Below, in pieces: positions 36,517 through 46,451 of a stretch of DNA of 64,000 nucleotides (within the stretch, counting starts at the first letter, position 1; each line of letters starts with the position of its first letter). The stretch is from contig JAKISW010000005.1 in the NCBI GenBank assembly GCA_021648375.1, forward strand, positions 35,161 through 99,160, given 5' to 3'. The stretch is from Devosiaceae bacterium (lineage in GTDB: Bacteria > Pseudomonadota > Alphaproteobacteria > Rhizobiales > Devosiaceae). Under the pieces are notes generated by a model, which did not search any database, was not told the origin of the DNA, and worked only from the letters and a program-made list of their open reading frames with translations. The translations under genes and the position numbers were made by a program.

Positions 36517-36924
36517 ATGGAACTTAGAAAAATTAATGACGATTTGAGTGTTTCTCCACAAATTCAAATTGGGGATGTTCTCAAAATCAAGGATGCGGGT
36601 TTTTCAACAATCGTAAATAATCGGCCGGACGGGGAAGAAGACGATCAGCCTATGTGGGCTGATATCGAAGCTGAAGCAAAACGGGTGGGTCTTAAATTTG
36701 TTAATCTTCCGGTGGTGGTGGTCGCCCAAACTCCAGATGTTGTTGAGCAGACAGGCAGGGTTCTAAGTGAGGCTAGCGAGCCGGTGCTGCTCTATTGCCG
36801 CTCTGGCACTCGCTGTACCCAGATATGGGCCTTGACCCAAATCAATAAGCTTTCCAAAGAGCAAATTCTAAAAACAGCCCTTGAAGCCGGATATGATCTT
36901 TCGCGGTTTTTAAAAGATTTTTGA
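36517..36924 (+). CDS. TIGR01244/DUF442-family phosphatase-like protein
   Basis: MELRKINDDLSVSPQI..IVNNRPDGEE.DQP..LLYCRSGTRC is the typical pattern of this family. The start was set at ATG 36517, with GGAG 6 nt upstream. The track's 36424 ATG lies inside the MITE inverted repeat. Confidence 0.7.
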   Translation: MELRKINDDLSVSPQIQIGDVLKIKDAGFSTIVNNRPDGEEDDQPMWADIEAEAKRVGLKFVNLPVVVVAQTPDVVEQTGRVLSEASEPVLLYCRSGTRCTQIWALTQINKLSKEQILKTALEAGYDLSRFLKDF

Positions 36925-37018
36925 ATTTTTGGATATTGTCCTGCAACCACCTGATTTTGTGCCTGGGTTTTACCAAATTTTTCCTTACGATTAATCTTAT
37001 CCGTCAAAGAGAAGTATC

Positions 37019-40000
37019 ATGTTGAAGCGAAGTGCTGTGCCAATTAAAAAAATCCTTGTTGCCAATCGTTCAGAAATCGCCATCAGGGTTTTTCGAGCCG
37101 CCAATGAAATGGGCATCAAAACCGTTGCGGTATTCGCTCAGGAAGACAAGCTGGCCCTGCACCGGTTCAAGGCTGATGAGGCATATCTGATTGGGGAGGG
37201 GCTTGGCCCGGTCGAAGCATATTTGCAGATTGAAGAATACATAAGAATTGCCAGAAAAAGCGGGGCGGATGCCATTCACCCTGGATATGGCCTGCTTTCC
37301 GAAAGTCCTGAATTTGTTGATGCCTGCGAAGATGCGGGCATAATATTTATTGGTCCGAAGGCGGAGACCATGCGCTCTTTGGGCAACAAAGTTGCAGCGC
37401 GCAATATGGCGATAAAAAATGATGTGCCGGTAGTTCCAGCTACCGATCCGCTGCCTGAAAACTTTGAAGAATGCGCAATGATGGCCAAAGAAGTTGGCTA
37501 TCCGCTAATGCTCAAGGCCAGTTGGGGCGGCGGCGGAAGGGGAATGCGCCGGATCCATAATGAAAGTGATCTCAGAGCTAATCTTGATGAAGGCAGGCGC
37601 GAAGCCAAGGCTGCCTTTGGCAAGGATGAAATGTATCTGGAAAAGCTGGTGGAACGCGCGCGCCATGTGGAAGTGCAATTGCTCGGGGATGAGAGCGGTA
37701 ATCTGGTGCATTTGTTTGAGCGCGATTGCTCGGTGCAGCGGCGCAATCAAAAAGTGGTTGAGCGGGCGCCGGCACCATATTTAAGCGAAGATGTGCGCCA
37801 TGAATTATGTGAGGCAGCTTTGCGCCTTGGCCGGGCGGCGACCTATCGTTGTGCGGGAACTGTTGAATTTTTAATGGATATGGACAGTGATGAATTTTAT
37901 TTCATCGAGGTCAATCCACGGGTGCAGGTGGAACATACGGTAACTGAAGAAGTTACGGGAATTGATATTGTAAAAGCGCAAATCCGGGTGTTGGAAGGGG
38001 CTGTTATCGGAGAGGCCAATTCTGGAATTCCGTTGCAAAAGGATATCAAACTCAATGGCCATGCACTGCAATGTCGGGTGACAACAGAAGACCCGGAGCA
38101 AAATTTTATTCCTGATTATGGCCGCATAACCGCCTATCGCGGGGCCACCGGATTTGGAGTTCGTCTTGATGGGGGCACTGCATATTCGGGAGCGGTAATC
38201 ACACGTTTTTATGATCCGTTGCTGGAAAAAGTCACCTGTTGGGCGCCAACCCCTCAAGAAGCTATTGCGCGTATGGACAGGGCCTTGCGTGAATTTCGTA
38301 TCAGGGGAGTTTCCACCAATCTGGCTTTTCTGGAAAATATTATCGGCCATGAAAAATTCAAAAATAATACTTATACGACCCGATTTATCGACAATACTCC
38401 ATCGCTGTTTGATATGCCAAAACGAAAAGACCGGGCGACAAAATTGCTCACCTATATTGCAGATGTGAGCATTAACGGGCACCCGGATGTAAAGAAAAGA
38501 ATAAAACCGCCTGCAGATGCGCCCAAACCAGTCGTGCCGGATTTCCCCCCGCTTGCAATTGTTGAAGGTTCGCGCCAGATCCTTGACCGGGAGGGACCAA
38601 AGGGTCTGGCGGCGTGGATGTTAAAGCAAAAACAGGTATTGTTTACTGATACTACCATGCGCGATGGCCATCAGTCGCTGCTTGCCACAAGAATGCGCAC
38701 CTATGATATTGCGGCGATTGCCAAGGCTTATTCACGGGGGATGCCCAATTTATTTTCCCTTGAATGCTGGGGCGGAGCAACCTTTGATGTTTCCATGCGG
38801 TTTTTGAACGAAGACCCGTGGGAGCGCCTAAAACTTGTGCGAGATGGGGCGCCAAATATTCTCACTCAGATGCTGCTTCGTGGTGCAAACGGAGTTGGAT
38901 ACACCAATTATCCGGATAATGTGGTGAAGTTTTTTGTTGATCAGGCGGCAAAGGGCGGGGTGGATATTTTCAGGGTTTTTGACTGTTTGAACTGGGTCGA
39001 AAACATGCGCGTCTCAATGGATGCGGTGATTGAGGCCAATAAGGTATGTGAAGGTGTAATTTGTTACACCGGGGATATTGATGACAGCGATCGCATTAAA
39101 TATGATCTTAAATATTATGTTGATCTGGCCAAAGAGCTGGAGGCAGCGGGGGCTCATGTTTTAGGCCTGAAAGATATGGCTGGCCTGTTAAAACCCAAAG
39201 CTGCCACCCGATTGATTTCAGCGCTCAAAGAAGAGATTTCCCTGCCCATTCATTTTCATACCCATGATACTTCCGGGGTGGCAGCGGCGACTGTTCTGGC
39301 GGCAATTGATGCGGGAGTGGACGCGGTGGATGCGGCTATGGATGCGTTTTCTGGCACTACCAGCCAGCCATGCCTTGGCTCATTGGTCGCCGCGCTGCGC
39401 GGTGGTGAACGCGACCCGGAATTTGACGCTAAAACCATTCGGGAAATTTCGTTTTATTGGGAGGCGGTACGTACCCAATACAGAGCCTTTGAGAGCGATC
39501 TTCGCTCCGGGGCATCTGAAGTATATTTACATGAAATGCCGGGCGGTCAGTTTACCAATCTTAAGGAACAGGCGCGCTCTTTGGGTCTGCAAAGTCGCTG
39601 GCATGAGGTCGCGCAAACCTATGCGGACGTCAATGAAATGTTTGGGGATATCGTAAAGGTAACCCCGTCCTCCAAAGTGGTGGGGGATATGGCGCTGGCT
39701 ATGGTTTCGTCTGAATTGAGCCGTGCAGATGTGGAAAATCCAGAGCGTGAGGTAGCGTTTCCCGATTCTGTAGTTGGGTTCTTTGCAGGTGATCTGGGAC
39801 AGCCTCCCGGAGGCTTTCCAAAGGAATTGCAAAAAAAGGTACTTAAAGGAAAAAAACCTTTGAGCAAGCGGCCCGGTGCGTATCTGGACGACGAGGATAT
39901 TGAAAAGCAGCGTAAAAACATTTCCAGCGAACTGGAAATAGAAATTGATGATTTTCAACTTGCTTCTTATTTGATGTATCCAAAGGTTTTTAGTGAATTT

Positions 40001-40477
40001 AGCGCCGCGCAAAAACTTTATGGCCCGACATCTGTTTTGCCGACGCCTGTATATTTTTATGGTCTGAAAGACGGCGATGAGCTGATGGTTGACCTGTCAA
40101 AAGGCTTTACGCTGGTTTTGCGCTATCTGGGCAAAGCCCAGACCAACGACAAGGGTATGGTGCGGGTGTTCTTTGAATTGAATGGGCAACCTCGATCGGT
40201 ATTCGTTCCGGATCGCTCTAAGGTGGGAGAAATCGTTGCCCGACCCAAAGCAGAGCCGGATAATAAAAACCAGGTGGGAGCGCCGATGCCGGGGGTGATT
40301 TCAACTCTGGCTATTAAAGAGGGGCAAAAAGTTGAAGTCGGGGACGTATTACTTTCAATCGAAGCCATGAAGATGGAAACAGCAATTCATAGTGAAGTTG
40401 ATGGGGAGGTTGCCCAAATTCTGGTTGGGCCGGGAGATCAGGTGGATGCCAAGGATTTGCTGGTAAGAATTGAATAG
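37019..40477 (+). CDS. pyc: pyruvate carboxylase
   Basis: 1152 aa comprising a biotin carboxylase N-terminal half, a carboxyltransferase (HMGL-like) centre and a C-terminal biotinyl domain with the EAMKME motif. Confidence 0.97.
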   Translation: MLKRSAVPIKKILVANRSEIAIRVFRAANEMGIKTVAVFAQEDKLALHRFKADEAYLIGEGLGPVEAYLQIEEYIRIARKSGADAIHPGYGLLSESPEFVDACEDAGIIFIGPKAETMRSLGNKVAARNMAIKNDVPVVPATDPLPENFEECAMMAKEVGYPLMLKASWGGGGRGMRRIHNESDLRANLDEGRREAKAAFGKDEMYLEKLVERARHVEVQLLGDESGNLVHLFERDCSVQRRNQKVVERAPAPYLSEDVRHELCEAALRLGRAATYRCAGTVEFLMDMDSDEFYFIEVNPRVQVEHTVTEEVTGIDIVKAQIRVLEGAVIGEANSGIPLQKDIKLNGHALQCRVTTEDPEQNFIPDYGRITAYRGATGFGVRLDGGTAYSGAVITRFYDPLLEKVTCWAPTPQEAIARMDRALREFRIRGVSTNLAFLENIIGHEKFKNNTYTTRFIDNTPSLFDMPKRKDRATKLLTYIADVSINGHPDVKKRIKPPADAPKPVVPDFPPLAIVEGSRQILDREGPKGLAAWMLKQKQVLFTDTTMRDGHQSLLATRMRTYDIAAIAKAYSRGMPNLFSLECWGGATFDVSMRFLNEDPWERLKLVRDGAPNILTQMLLRGANGVGYTNYPDNVVKFFVDQAAKGGVDIFRVFDCLNWVENMRVSMDAVIEANKVCEGVICYTGDIDDSDRIKYDLKYYVDLAKELEAAGAHVLGLKDMAGLLKPKAATRLISALKEEISLPIHFHTHDTSGVAAATVLAAIDAGVDAVDAAMDAFSGTTSQPCLGSLVAALRGGERDPEFDAKTIREISFYWEAVRTQYRAFESDLRSGASEVYLHEMPGGQFTNLKEQARSLGLQSRWHEVAQTYADVNEMFGDIVKVTPSSKVVGDMALAMVSSELSRADVENPEREVAFPDSVVGFFAGDLGQPPGGFPKELQKKVLKGKKPLSKRPGAYLDDEDIEKQRKNISSELEIEIDDFQLASYLMYPKVFSEFSAAQKLYGPTSVLPTPVYFYGLKDGDELMVDLSKGFTLVLRYLGKAQTNDKGMVRVFFELNGQPRSVFVPDRSKVGEIVARPKAEPDNKNQVGAPMPGVISTLAIKEGQKVEVGDVLLSIEAMKMETAIHSEVDGEVAQILVGPGDQVDAKDLLVRIE

Positions 40478-40492
40478 GATCGCGGCTGAAAA

Positions 40493-40891
40493 TTACAGCC
40501 TTCGGGAAGTGCCATCAATTACCGGGCCGTTTTCTTCTTCAGCGAAATCTTCATTTTTGGTATATTGGTTTTGTGAATATTGTTCTGTTGGCTGACCAAG
40601 AACCTCAGGTGGCAGTCGCTTGATAATCCAGTTAGAGGCCAAAGACACCAATAAAACATCATCAATCCAGCCCAGGCCAATAAGAAAATCTGGTATGATA
40701 TCAATTGGGCTGAAAAGATAAATAACCACTGCAAGCATGATTGTTTTGAGATAAAATGGAGTTGCAGGGTGCCAAAAGGCACGCCAAAGCGCAATCAGAT
40801 GACGGCGCAGCATTAACAATCTGGTTAGAATACTGGTCATCAGATATATGTAGGGATAAAAATTGTTTGGTTCAAGAGCAATGGTTTTCAT
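40493..40891 (-). CDS. DUF1232 (YkvA-like) membrane protein
   Basis: The block YLFSPIDIIPDFLIGLGWIDDVLL is characteristic of DUF1232. The start may be the internal ATG at 40840. Confidence 0.7.
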   Translation of the reverse strand: MKTIALEPNNFYPYIYLMTSILTRLLMLRRHLIALWRAFWHPATPFYLKTIMLAVVIYLFSPIDIIPDFLIGLGWIDDVLLVSLASNWIIKRLPPEVLGQPTEQYSQNQYTKNEDFAEEENGPVIDGTSRRL

Positions 40892-40968
40892 GACAAATAT
40901 TGCTTTGATTTCGCTAAAGGCGTAATCGGGAACTAACTTTTTAGCATAAGAAATTTTTGGAGATAAAA

Positions 40969-42189
40969 ATGAGCGGCCCCGCTATACGCAGAAAATCAGT
41001 GGCGGTTGATATTGGTGGGGTGAAAATTGGCGGGGATGCGCCAATTGTTGTGCAATCCATGACCAATACGGATACGGCTGATGTTGAAGCTACGGTTTCT
41101 CAGGTCGCAGCGCTACATCGGGCCGGTTCTGAAATCGTTCGGGTGACAGTTGATCGGGATGAGGCAGCAATGGCGGTGCCTCACATTGTTGAGCGCTTGG
41201 ATAAACTGGGCATTAATGTGCCTCTGGTGGGGGACTTTCACTATATCGGGCATAAATTGCTTACCGATTATCCCAATTGTGCTTCAGCGCTGGCAAAATA
41301 TAGGATAAATCCGGGCAATGTGGGGTTTAAGGCCAAGCGGGATATTCAGTTTTCAACCCTCATCGAACTGGCGTTAAAACATGACAAACCGGTTCGAATA
41401 GGGGTTAACTGGGGCTCGTTGGATCAAGAGCTTTTAACCCGCTTAATGGATGAAAATACCAAGCGGGATTTTCCATGGTCAGCGGCGCGCGTGATGCGCG
41501 AGGCGATTATTCAATCGGCATTGTTAAGCGCTGAGCGGGCTGAAGAACTCGGTCTGGGTCGCGATAAAATTATCCTTTCCACCAAGGTTTCCGATGTGCA
41601 AAACCTGATTGCGGTCTATGAGGATCTGGCAAAACGGGCTGATTATGCCCTGCATCTGGGCCTAACCGAAGCGGGAATGGGTTCAAAGGGAATTGTCGCA
41701 TCTTCGGCGGCGCTGGCAATATTGTTGCAGCAGGGGATTGGCGACACCATTCGCATTTCGCTAACTCCGGAGCCTGATGGTGATCGCACGCTGGAAGTAA
41801 AAGTGGCGCGAGAATTATTGCAGGGCATGGGGTTTCGACGTTTTGTGCCGGTGGTTGCGGCCTGTCCGGGATGCGGGCGTACCACTTCAAGCACTTTTCA
41901 GGTTCTGGCAAAAGAGATTGAAGATCATCTGGCCGCTTCAATGCCAAAATGGCAGCAGAAATATCCCGGGGTTGAAAATCTTTCGGTCGCTGTGATGGGC
42001 TGTATCGTAAACGGTCCGGGGGAAAGCAAGCATGCGGATATCGGCATTTCCCTGCCCGGAACCGGCGAGGCCCCGGCGGCGCCCGTATTTATTGATGGAA
42101 AAAAAGCCATAACTCTTCGCGGGGATGATGTGGCGGAGCAATTTAAGAAAATGCTGGCGGACTATATTGAGCAACGGTTTGGACCCTAG
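40969..42189 (+). CDS. ispG: 4-hydroxy-3-methylbut-2-en-1-yl diphosphate synthase
   Basis: Blocks [27 protein letters not shown] are typical of IspG/GcpE. The start was set at ATG 40969, preceded by GGAGA. Confidence 0.95.
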   Translation: MSGPAIRRKSVAVDIGGVKIGGDAPIVVQSMTNTDTADVEATVSQVAALHRAGSEIVRVTVDRDEAAMAVPHIVERLDKLGINVPLVGDFHYIGHKLLTDYPNCASALAKYRINPGNVGFKAKRDIQFSTLIELALKHDKPVRIGVNWGSLDQELLTRLMDENTKRDFPWSAARVMREAIIQSALLSAERAEELGLGRDKIILSTKVSDVQNLIAVYEDLAKRADYALHLGLTEAGMGSKGIVASSAALAILLQQGIGDTIRISLTPEPDGDRTLEVKVARELLQGMGFRRFVPVVAACPGCGRTTSSTFQVLAKEIEDHLAASMPKWQQKYPGVENLSVAVMGCIVNGPGESKHADIGISLPGTGEAPAAPVFIDGKKAITLRGDDVAEQFKKMLADYIEQRFGP

Positions 42190-42205
42190 GGTCATGAATC
42201 GGGTT

Positions 42206-43108
42206 TTAACTTTCCCTGTCGCCAAAAAATCTGGCGGTGGCGCGCAAATCGTCAGCTTTTGGCCCAAACATCATTAGGGCGCTAAGGGCTGTATGAATTG
42301 TATCGCCCAGGTGACGTTTGGCTGCTTTGAGGCCAATTCTTGCCACCAGCGTTGGTTTTTTCGCCGCTGCGTCTTTGCCCGTTGTTTTGCCCATTTGCTC
42401 AGTGCTGGCGGTTAAGTCCAATATATCGTCGGCCAGTTGAAAGGCCCGTCCGGCAGCCTGTGCATAAGTGCTCAAGGATAAGAGTTGTTTTTCGTCAGCG
42501 CCGCCAATAATTGCGCCCATACGTACGGCGGCATAAATAAGTGCGCCGGTTTTCATTTTTTGCATTTGTTCGATTTGCTTTTCGCTAAACCGGGTTTTTT
42601 CTCCCTGCAAATCCAGACTTTGACCACCGGCCATCCCCCCGGCGCCAGAGGCCTTTGCCAGCTCTGCCACAAGATCTATTCGAACCTGCGGATCCGGGTG
42701 GCAATCTGAATGGCTCAACAGTTCAAAGGCGTGGGCCAAAAGTGCGTCTCCCGCCAAAATTGCCGTTGCCTCATCATAGGCTTTGTGAACCGTTGGCTGG
42801 CCACGGCGCAAATCATCATTATCCATTGCCGGCAAATCATCATGAATGAGGGAATAACAATGCACCAGCTCAACTGCCATTGCGGCTCTCGTGGCCTGTT
42901 TTTCGGATATGGAAAAAATCGCAGCGCTTTGTATCAGCAATATGGGGCGAAGTCTTTTACCGCCGTTCAAGACCCCGTGACGGATTGCCTCAACAAGAAT
43001 ATCAGGCGCAATTCCTGAACCGGACAATTTCCTTGGGGTCAAAAAACCCTGAAGCGCCAAATCAATTCGGTTGGCGCAATCGTGGCGCTGGCTTGCAAAA
43101 TTACTCAT
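42206..43108 (-). CDS. ispA: polyprenyl (farnesyl/geranylgeranyl) diphosphate synthase
   Basis: First Asp-rich motif [17 protein letters not shown] and second motif QLADDILD. The start was set at ATG 43108. The track's 377-aa version would run through the rpmF gene. Confidence 0.85.
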   Translation of the reverse strand: MSNFASQRHDCANRIDLALQGFLTPRKLSGSGIAPDILVEAIRHGVLNGGKRLRPILLIQSAAIFSISEKQATRAAMAVELVHCYSLIHDDLPAMDNDDLRRGQPTVHKAYDEATAILAGDALLAHAFELLSHSDCHPDPQVRIDLVAELAKASGAGGMAGGQSLDLQGEKTRFSEKQIEQMQKMKTGALIYAAVRMGAIIGGADEKQLLSLSTYAQAAGRAFQLADDILDLTASTEQMGKTTGKDAAAKKPTLVARIGLKAAKRHLGDTIHTALSALMMFGPKADDLRATARFFGDRES

Positions 43109-43262
43109 CAAAATGTGGATAGCCTTTGTCTGGAGTGCATTCAAGATCGCAGAAGCAAAAAAGCCACTAGCCAACAGCGATGTTAGAGAGTATAACCCGC
43201 GCCAAATCCTATTTTGTCCCTTTATGGGCAAAAAACTCAACGCAGATTGTAAGAGAAGTATT

Positions 43263-43445
43263 ATGGCTGTTCCAAAGCGAAAAACCACCCCGTCAAAACG
43301 CGGCATGCGCCGCTCTGCTGATGCCCTGGTGCGTCCCACCTATGTGGAAGACAAGGATAGCGGCGAATTGCGCCGTCCCCATCATATTGACCTGAAAACC
43401 GGTATGTATCGTGGGCGTCAGGTTCTTGATCCTAAAAACAGCTAG
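43263..43445 (+). CDS. rpmF: 50S ribosomal protein L32
   Basis: [18 protein letters not shown] is the canonical L32 N-terminus (60 aa). The track ORF starts far upstream, at 43071. Confidence 0.95.
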   Translation: MAVPKRKTTPSKRGMRRSADALVRPTYVEDKDSGELRRPHHIDLKTGMYRGRQVLDPKNS

Positions 43446-43489
43446 GGTCTGATCGGCAATTTTTGATCAAGGTCAAATTGAATTTTTAT

Positions 43490-43520
43490 GGCTGCCCTTA
43501 ACAGGGCGGCCGTTTTTTTT
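43490..43520 (+). terminator. intrinsic terminator after rpmF
   Basis: GGCTGCCCT (43490-43498), loop TAAC, then AGGGCGGCC (43503-43511, one G-U pair) followed by GTTTTTTTT. Confidence 0.85.
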
Positions 43521-43630
43521 CGCTAATTGTTGATTGGCTCTAAGTTGGGAGAATCTTATAATTAACAGCGCCTATAATTTTTTTTTCAGTTATGCTGTCT
43601 CAAGCAAATATTTTTTTGGGGAGTTGGGTG

Positions 43631-45040
43631 ATGGGAAGCAGCAAACAATCTTTTCGGGTTGAAAAGGATTCCATGGGGTCCATCAACGTCCCCGATGACA
43701 AATATTACGGGGCACAGACCGCACGCTCATTGCTTAATTTCAAAATTGGCAATGAAAAAATGCCCCTGGAAATTGTGCATGCGTTTGGCATTTTAAAAAA
43801 AGCGGCGGCCCTCACCAATAATCAGCTTGGCCTGTTAGATGATGATATAACTGATCTGATTGTTCTGGCGGCTGATGAGGTTGTTTCTGGCAAGCTGGAT
43901 GATCATTTTCCACTGGTTGTCTGGCAGACCGGTTCTGGCACCCAGTCCAACATGAATATCAACGAGGTGATCTCCAATAGAGCTATCGAATTGGGCGGGG
44001 GGGAAATGGGGTCTAAAACCCCGGTTCATCCCAATGATCATGTAAATAAATCCCAATCTTCAAATGATACTTTTCCCACCGCCATGCATATTGCGGCGGT
44101 GGTTGAAATTGAGAAAAATCTTTTGCCAAAAGTAAAAATCCTGCGCGATACACTTGATGCCAAGGCAAAAGAATTTGCAGATATTGTAAAAATCGGGCGC
44201 ACCCACCTTCAGGATGCGACGCCATTGACTTTGGGGCAGGAAATTTCGGGCTGGGTTGTGCAATTGGATAATGCCATAAGCGCTATCAGAGCAACTCTGC
44301 CCCAACTTTATGAGCTGGCCCTTGGGGGTACAGCAGTGGGCACGGGGTTAAATACCCATCCCAAATATGCCCACATGGTGGCACAAAAAATTGCAGAACT
44401 TAGCGGTCAAAAACTGGTCAGCGCGCCAAATAAGTTTGCAGTTCTGGCGGCCCATGATGCATTTGTTGGAACTTCTGGCGCTTTAAAGCAACTGGCAGCT
44501 GCGCTCATGAAAATTGCCAACGATGTGCGCTGGCTGGCATCGGGGCCGCGTTGTGGAATTGGCGAACTTGCCTTGCCTGAAAATGAGCCGGGGTCTTCAA
44601 TTATGCCGGGCAAGGTTAATCCCACCCAATCTGAAGCGTTAACCATGGTTTGTGTGCAGGTGTTTGGCAATGATGCAGCGATTGGTTTTGCCGGCTCCCA
44701 GGGCAATTTTGAGTTGAATGTTTTTAAGCCGGTGATGGCCTATAATCTTCTTCAATCCATAAAATTGCTTGGGGACGGCTGTTTGAGCTTTAATGATAAT
44801 TGCGCTTCTGGAATTGAACCGATTAAAGAGAATATTGCAGCGCACCTGCAAAATTCCTTGATGCTGGTAACGGCGCTAAATAATTCCATCGGTTATGACA
44901 ATGCGGCAAAGTTGGCAAAATATGCCCATAAGAACGGAACCACATTGCGCGAAGCGGCCATAAAGCTTGACCTGTTAAGTGGTGAAGAATTTGACAGGGA
45001 AGTGCGGCCAGAAGAAATGGTTGGTCCGTTAAAGATTTAG
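43631..45040 (+). CDS. fumC: class II fumarate hydratase
   Basis: Signature [13 protein letters not shown], with N-terminus [23 protein letters not shown]. The start was set at ATG 43631, after GGGGAG. Confidence 0.95.
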   Translation: MGSSKQSFRVEKDSMGSINVPDDKYYGAQTARSLLNFKIGNEKMPLEIVHAFGILKKAAALTNNQLGLLDDDITDLIVLAADEVVSGKLDDHFPLVVWQTGSGTQSNMNINEVISNRAIELGGGEMGSKTPVHPNDHVNKSQSSNDTFPTAMHIAAVVEIEKNLLPKVKILRDTLDAKAKEFADIVKIGRTHLQDATPLTLGQEISGWVVQLDNAISAIRATLPQLYELALGGTAVGTGLNTHPKYAHMVAQKIAELSGQKLVSAPNKFAVLAAHDAFVGTSGALKQLAAALMKIANDVRWLASGPRCGIGELALPENEPGSSIMPGKVNPTQSEALTMVCVQVFGNDAAIGFAGSQGNFELNVFKPVMAYNLLQSIKLLGDGCLSFNDNCASGIEPIKENIAAHLQNSLMLVTALNNSIGYDNAAKLAKYAHKNGTTLREAAIKLDLLSGEEFDREVRPEEMVGPLKI

Positions 45041-45065
45041 CTGCTCCTTGTTGCTGGCGCAAATT

Positions 45066-45389
45066 TTAAGCCTCGTTCTGGTAATTAAAACCGGTTGGCA
45101 TGCGTTTTATCACCAAGTGTCTGGCGCGATTATAGGCGCGGGTGGCAAGGGAAACGGGAGCGCGACGGCGGGTGCGCTGAATTTCCATATGGTTGCGTTC
45201 AGCAATTAACTGGGAGAGAAACCGGGCCGGGATTTTATTGATATGCAATGAAGGGCGAGCCATTGCCGGGCTTAAGGCCACTGGCAGATTGCGCGGGTTA
45301 TTAGTTGTTTGTTCCATTTTGGGGCTGGTTTTATTGATATTTGACATATTGGCCTCATTTCCTGTTTCGATTTGGGCCATCTGTGTCAT
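45066..45389 (-). CDS. hypothetical protein
   Basis: 107-aa ORF with a polar N-terminal half and a basic segment (FLSQLIAERNHMEIQRTRRRAPVSLATRAY). I do not recognise a family, so coding status is not certain. Confidence 0.4.
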   Translation of the reverse strand: MTQMAQIETGNEANMSNINKTSPKMEQTTNNPRNLPVALSPAMARPSLHINKIPARFLSQLIAERNHMEIQRTRRRAPVSLATRAYNRARHLVIKRMPTGFNYQNEA

Positions 45390-45581
45390 TTTGAGACAAT
45401 CTTTGTGGCCCTTGCCTATTATGTGGCAAGGACCGTGCCAGATTTAAAGGTTTTGTTAACTTTTGGCTCGTCTATTTGCTCACCGGACTTCGCTTTGCGC
45501 GCCTTATAGTGTTGGTCACTACGGCGTTGCGAAAAGCTCGCCAGTAAGCAAATAGATCATGCCAATGTTCAACTATGAAAC

Positions 45582-46367
45582 TTAAAACCTGTCTTTGGCT
45601 TTTCTGATTGCAGCAAAAACTTCTGCTGAGTCATCGGCGTCGGCACCCAGTTTTGCGGCTAATCTCTTATTGTCGGCTCTCAAAAATGGGTTTGCCTGTT
45701 TGTCATGGCCAAGATTAAAGGGGATTGTTGGCCTGTTGGCAGCGCGTAGGGTTTTGATTTCTTCGGCGCGTTTTTGCAAAGCTAAATTATCAGGATCGAT
45801 GCTAAGGGCAAATCTGGCATTGTCGGCGCTGTATTCATGACCGCAATAAACTTGTGTCTGGTCGGGTAATTGTCGTAAACGCTCCAATCCTTCCCACATG
45901 GTTTTTGCATTCGATTCTCTCATACGGCCACAGCCCAGCGAAAACAGCGCGTCGCCGCAAAACAAATTGTGGTTCTTTTGATCAGAATAAGAAATATGCC
46001 CTTTCGTGTGGCCGGAGGTCTCAATAACCTGCAATTTTATGTTGCCCACATTTACCACATCTCCTCCTGAGAGCAGTTCATCCAGGCCTTTAATTTTATT
46101 TGACTGCTGTTTTGGGCCAAAAACCTTGGCGTTAAATTCGTTTTTCAGAGGTAAAATTGCATCGGTATGGTCCCAATCGTGATGGGTGATCAGAATATGG
46201 GAGAGTTTCCAGCCGTGTTTTTTTAAGATTTCTCGGGTTTTATCCTCGTGACCGGCATCGATTGCAGCTGTTGCTCCGGTTTTATTGTCATGGAGCAAAA
46301 ACCCGAAATTATCCTGATGAAATTCAAATATTTCAATTGATATGGTCAAATTAATTGCCTCCATCAC
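45582..46367 (-). CDS. gloB: hydroxyacylglutathione hydrolase (glyoxalase II)
   Basis: 261-aa metallo-beta-lactamase fold with HxHxDH (ITHHDWDH) and C-terminal GloB-type blocks (VYCGHEYS..N..FA). Confidence 0.9.
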   Translation of the reverse strand: MMEAINLTISIEIFEFHQDNFGFLLHDNKTGATAAIDAGHEDKTREILKKHGWKLSHILITHHDWDHTDAILPLKNEFNAKVFGPKQQSNKIKGLDELLSGGDVVNVGNIKLQVIETSGHTKGHISYSDQKNHNLFCGDALFSLGCGRMRESNAKTMWEGLERLRQLPDQTQVYCGHEYSADNARFALSIDPDNLALQKRAEEIKTLRAANRPTIPFNLGHDKQANPFLRADNKRLAAKLGADADDSAEVFAAIRKAKDRF

Positions 46368-46451
46368 GGTTGGCGCTTACATTCATTAGGATTGTATCAA
46401 ATAATGTTGTTGGCACTAATGCAAGAAGGCACTGTCAGGTAATTTCAAAAA

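Noticed and set aside
37070-40368. Numerous antisense or out-of-frame ORFs inside pyc, for example 37871-38482 (203 aa) and 39527-40012 (161 aa).
   Set aside because: They lie entirely within a well-supported 1152-aa gene. Their translations are compositionally odd (R/S/P/F-rich), as expected for shadow ORFs.
42206-43445. Long versions of ispA (to 43339) and rpmF (from 43071), which overlap each other on opposite strands.
   Set aside because: Both N-terminal extensions lack family similarity. The canonical L32 N-terminus starts at 43263 and the IspA-like sequence at 43108, which leaves a normal 154-bp divergent promoter region.
43443-43456. TAGGGTCTGATCGG on the rpmF stop codon, as another copy of the repeat core.
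   Set aside because: Only the first 7 nt plus scattered positions match, and an indel is needed to align. A 7-mer is expected several times by chance in 64 kb, so I did not count it as a family member.
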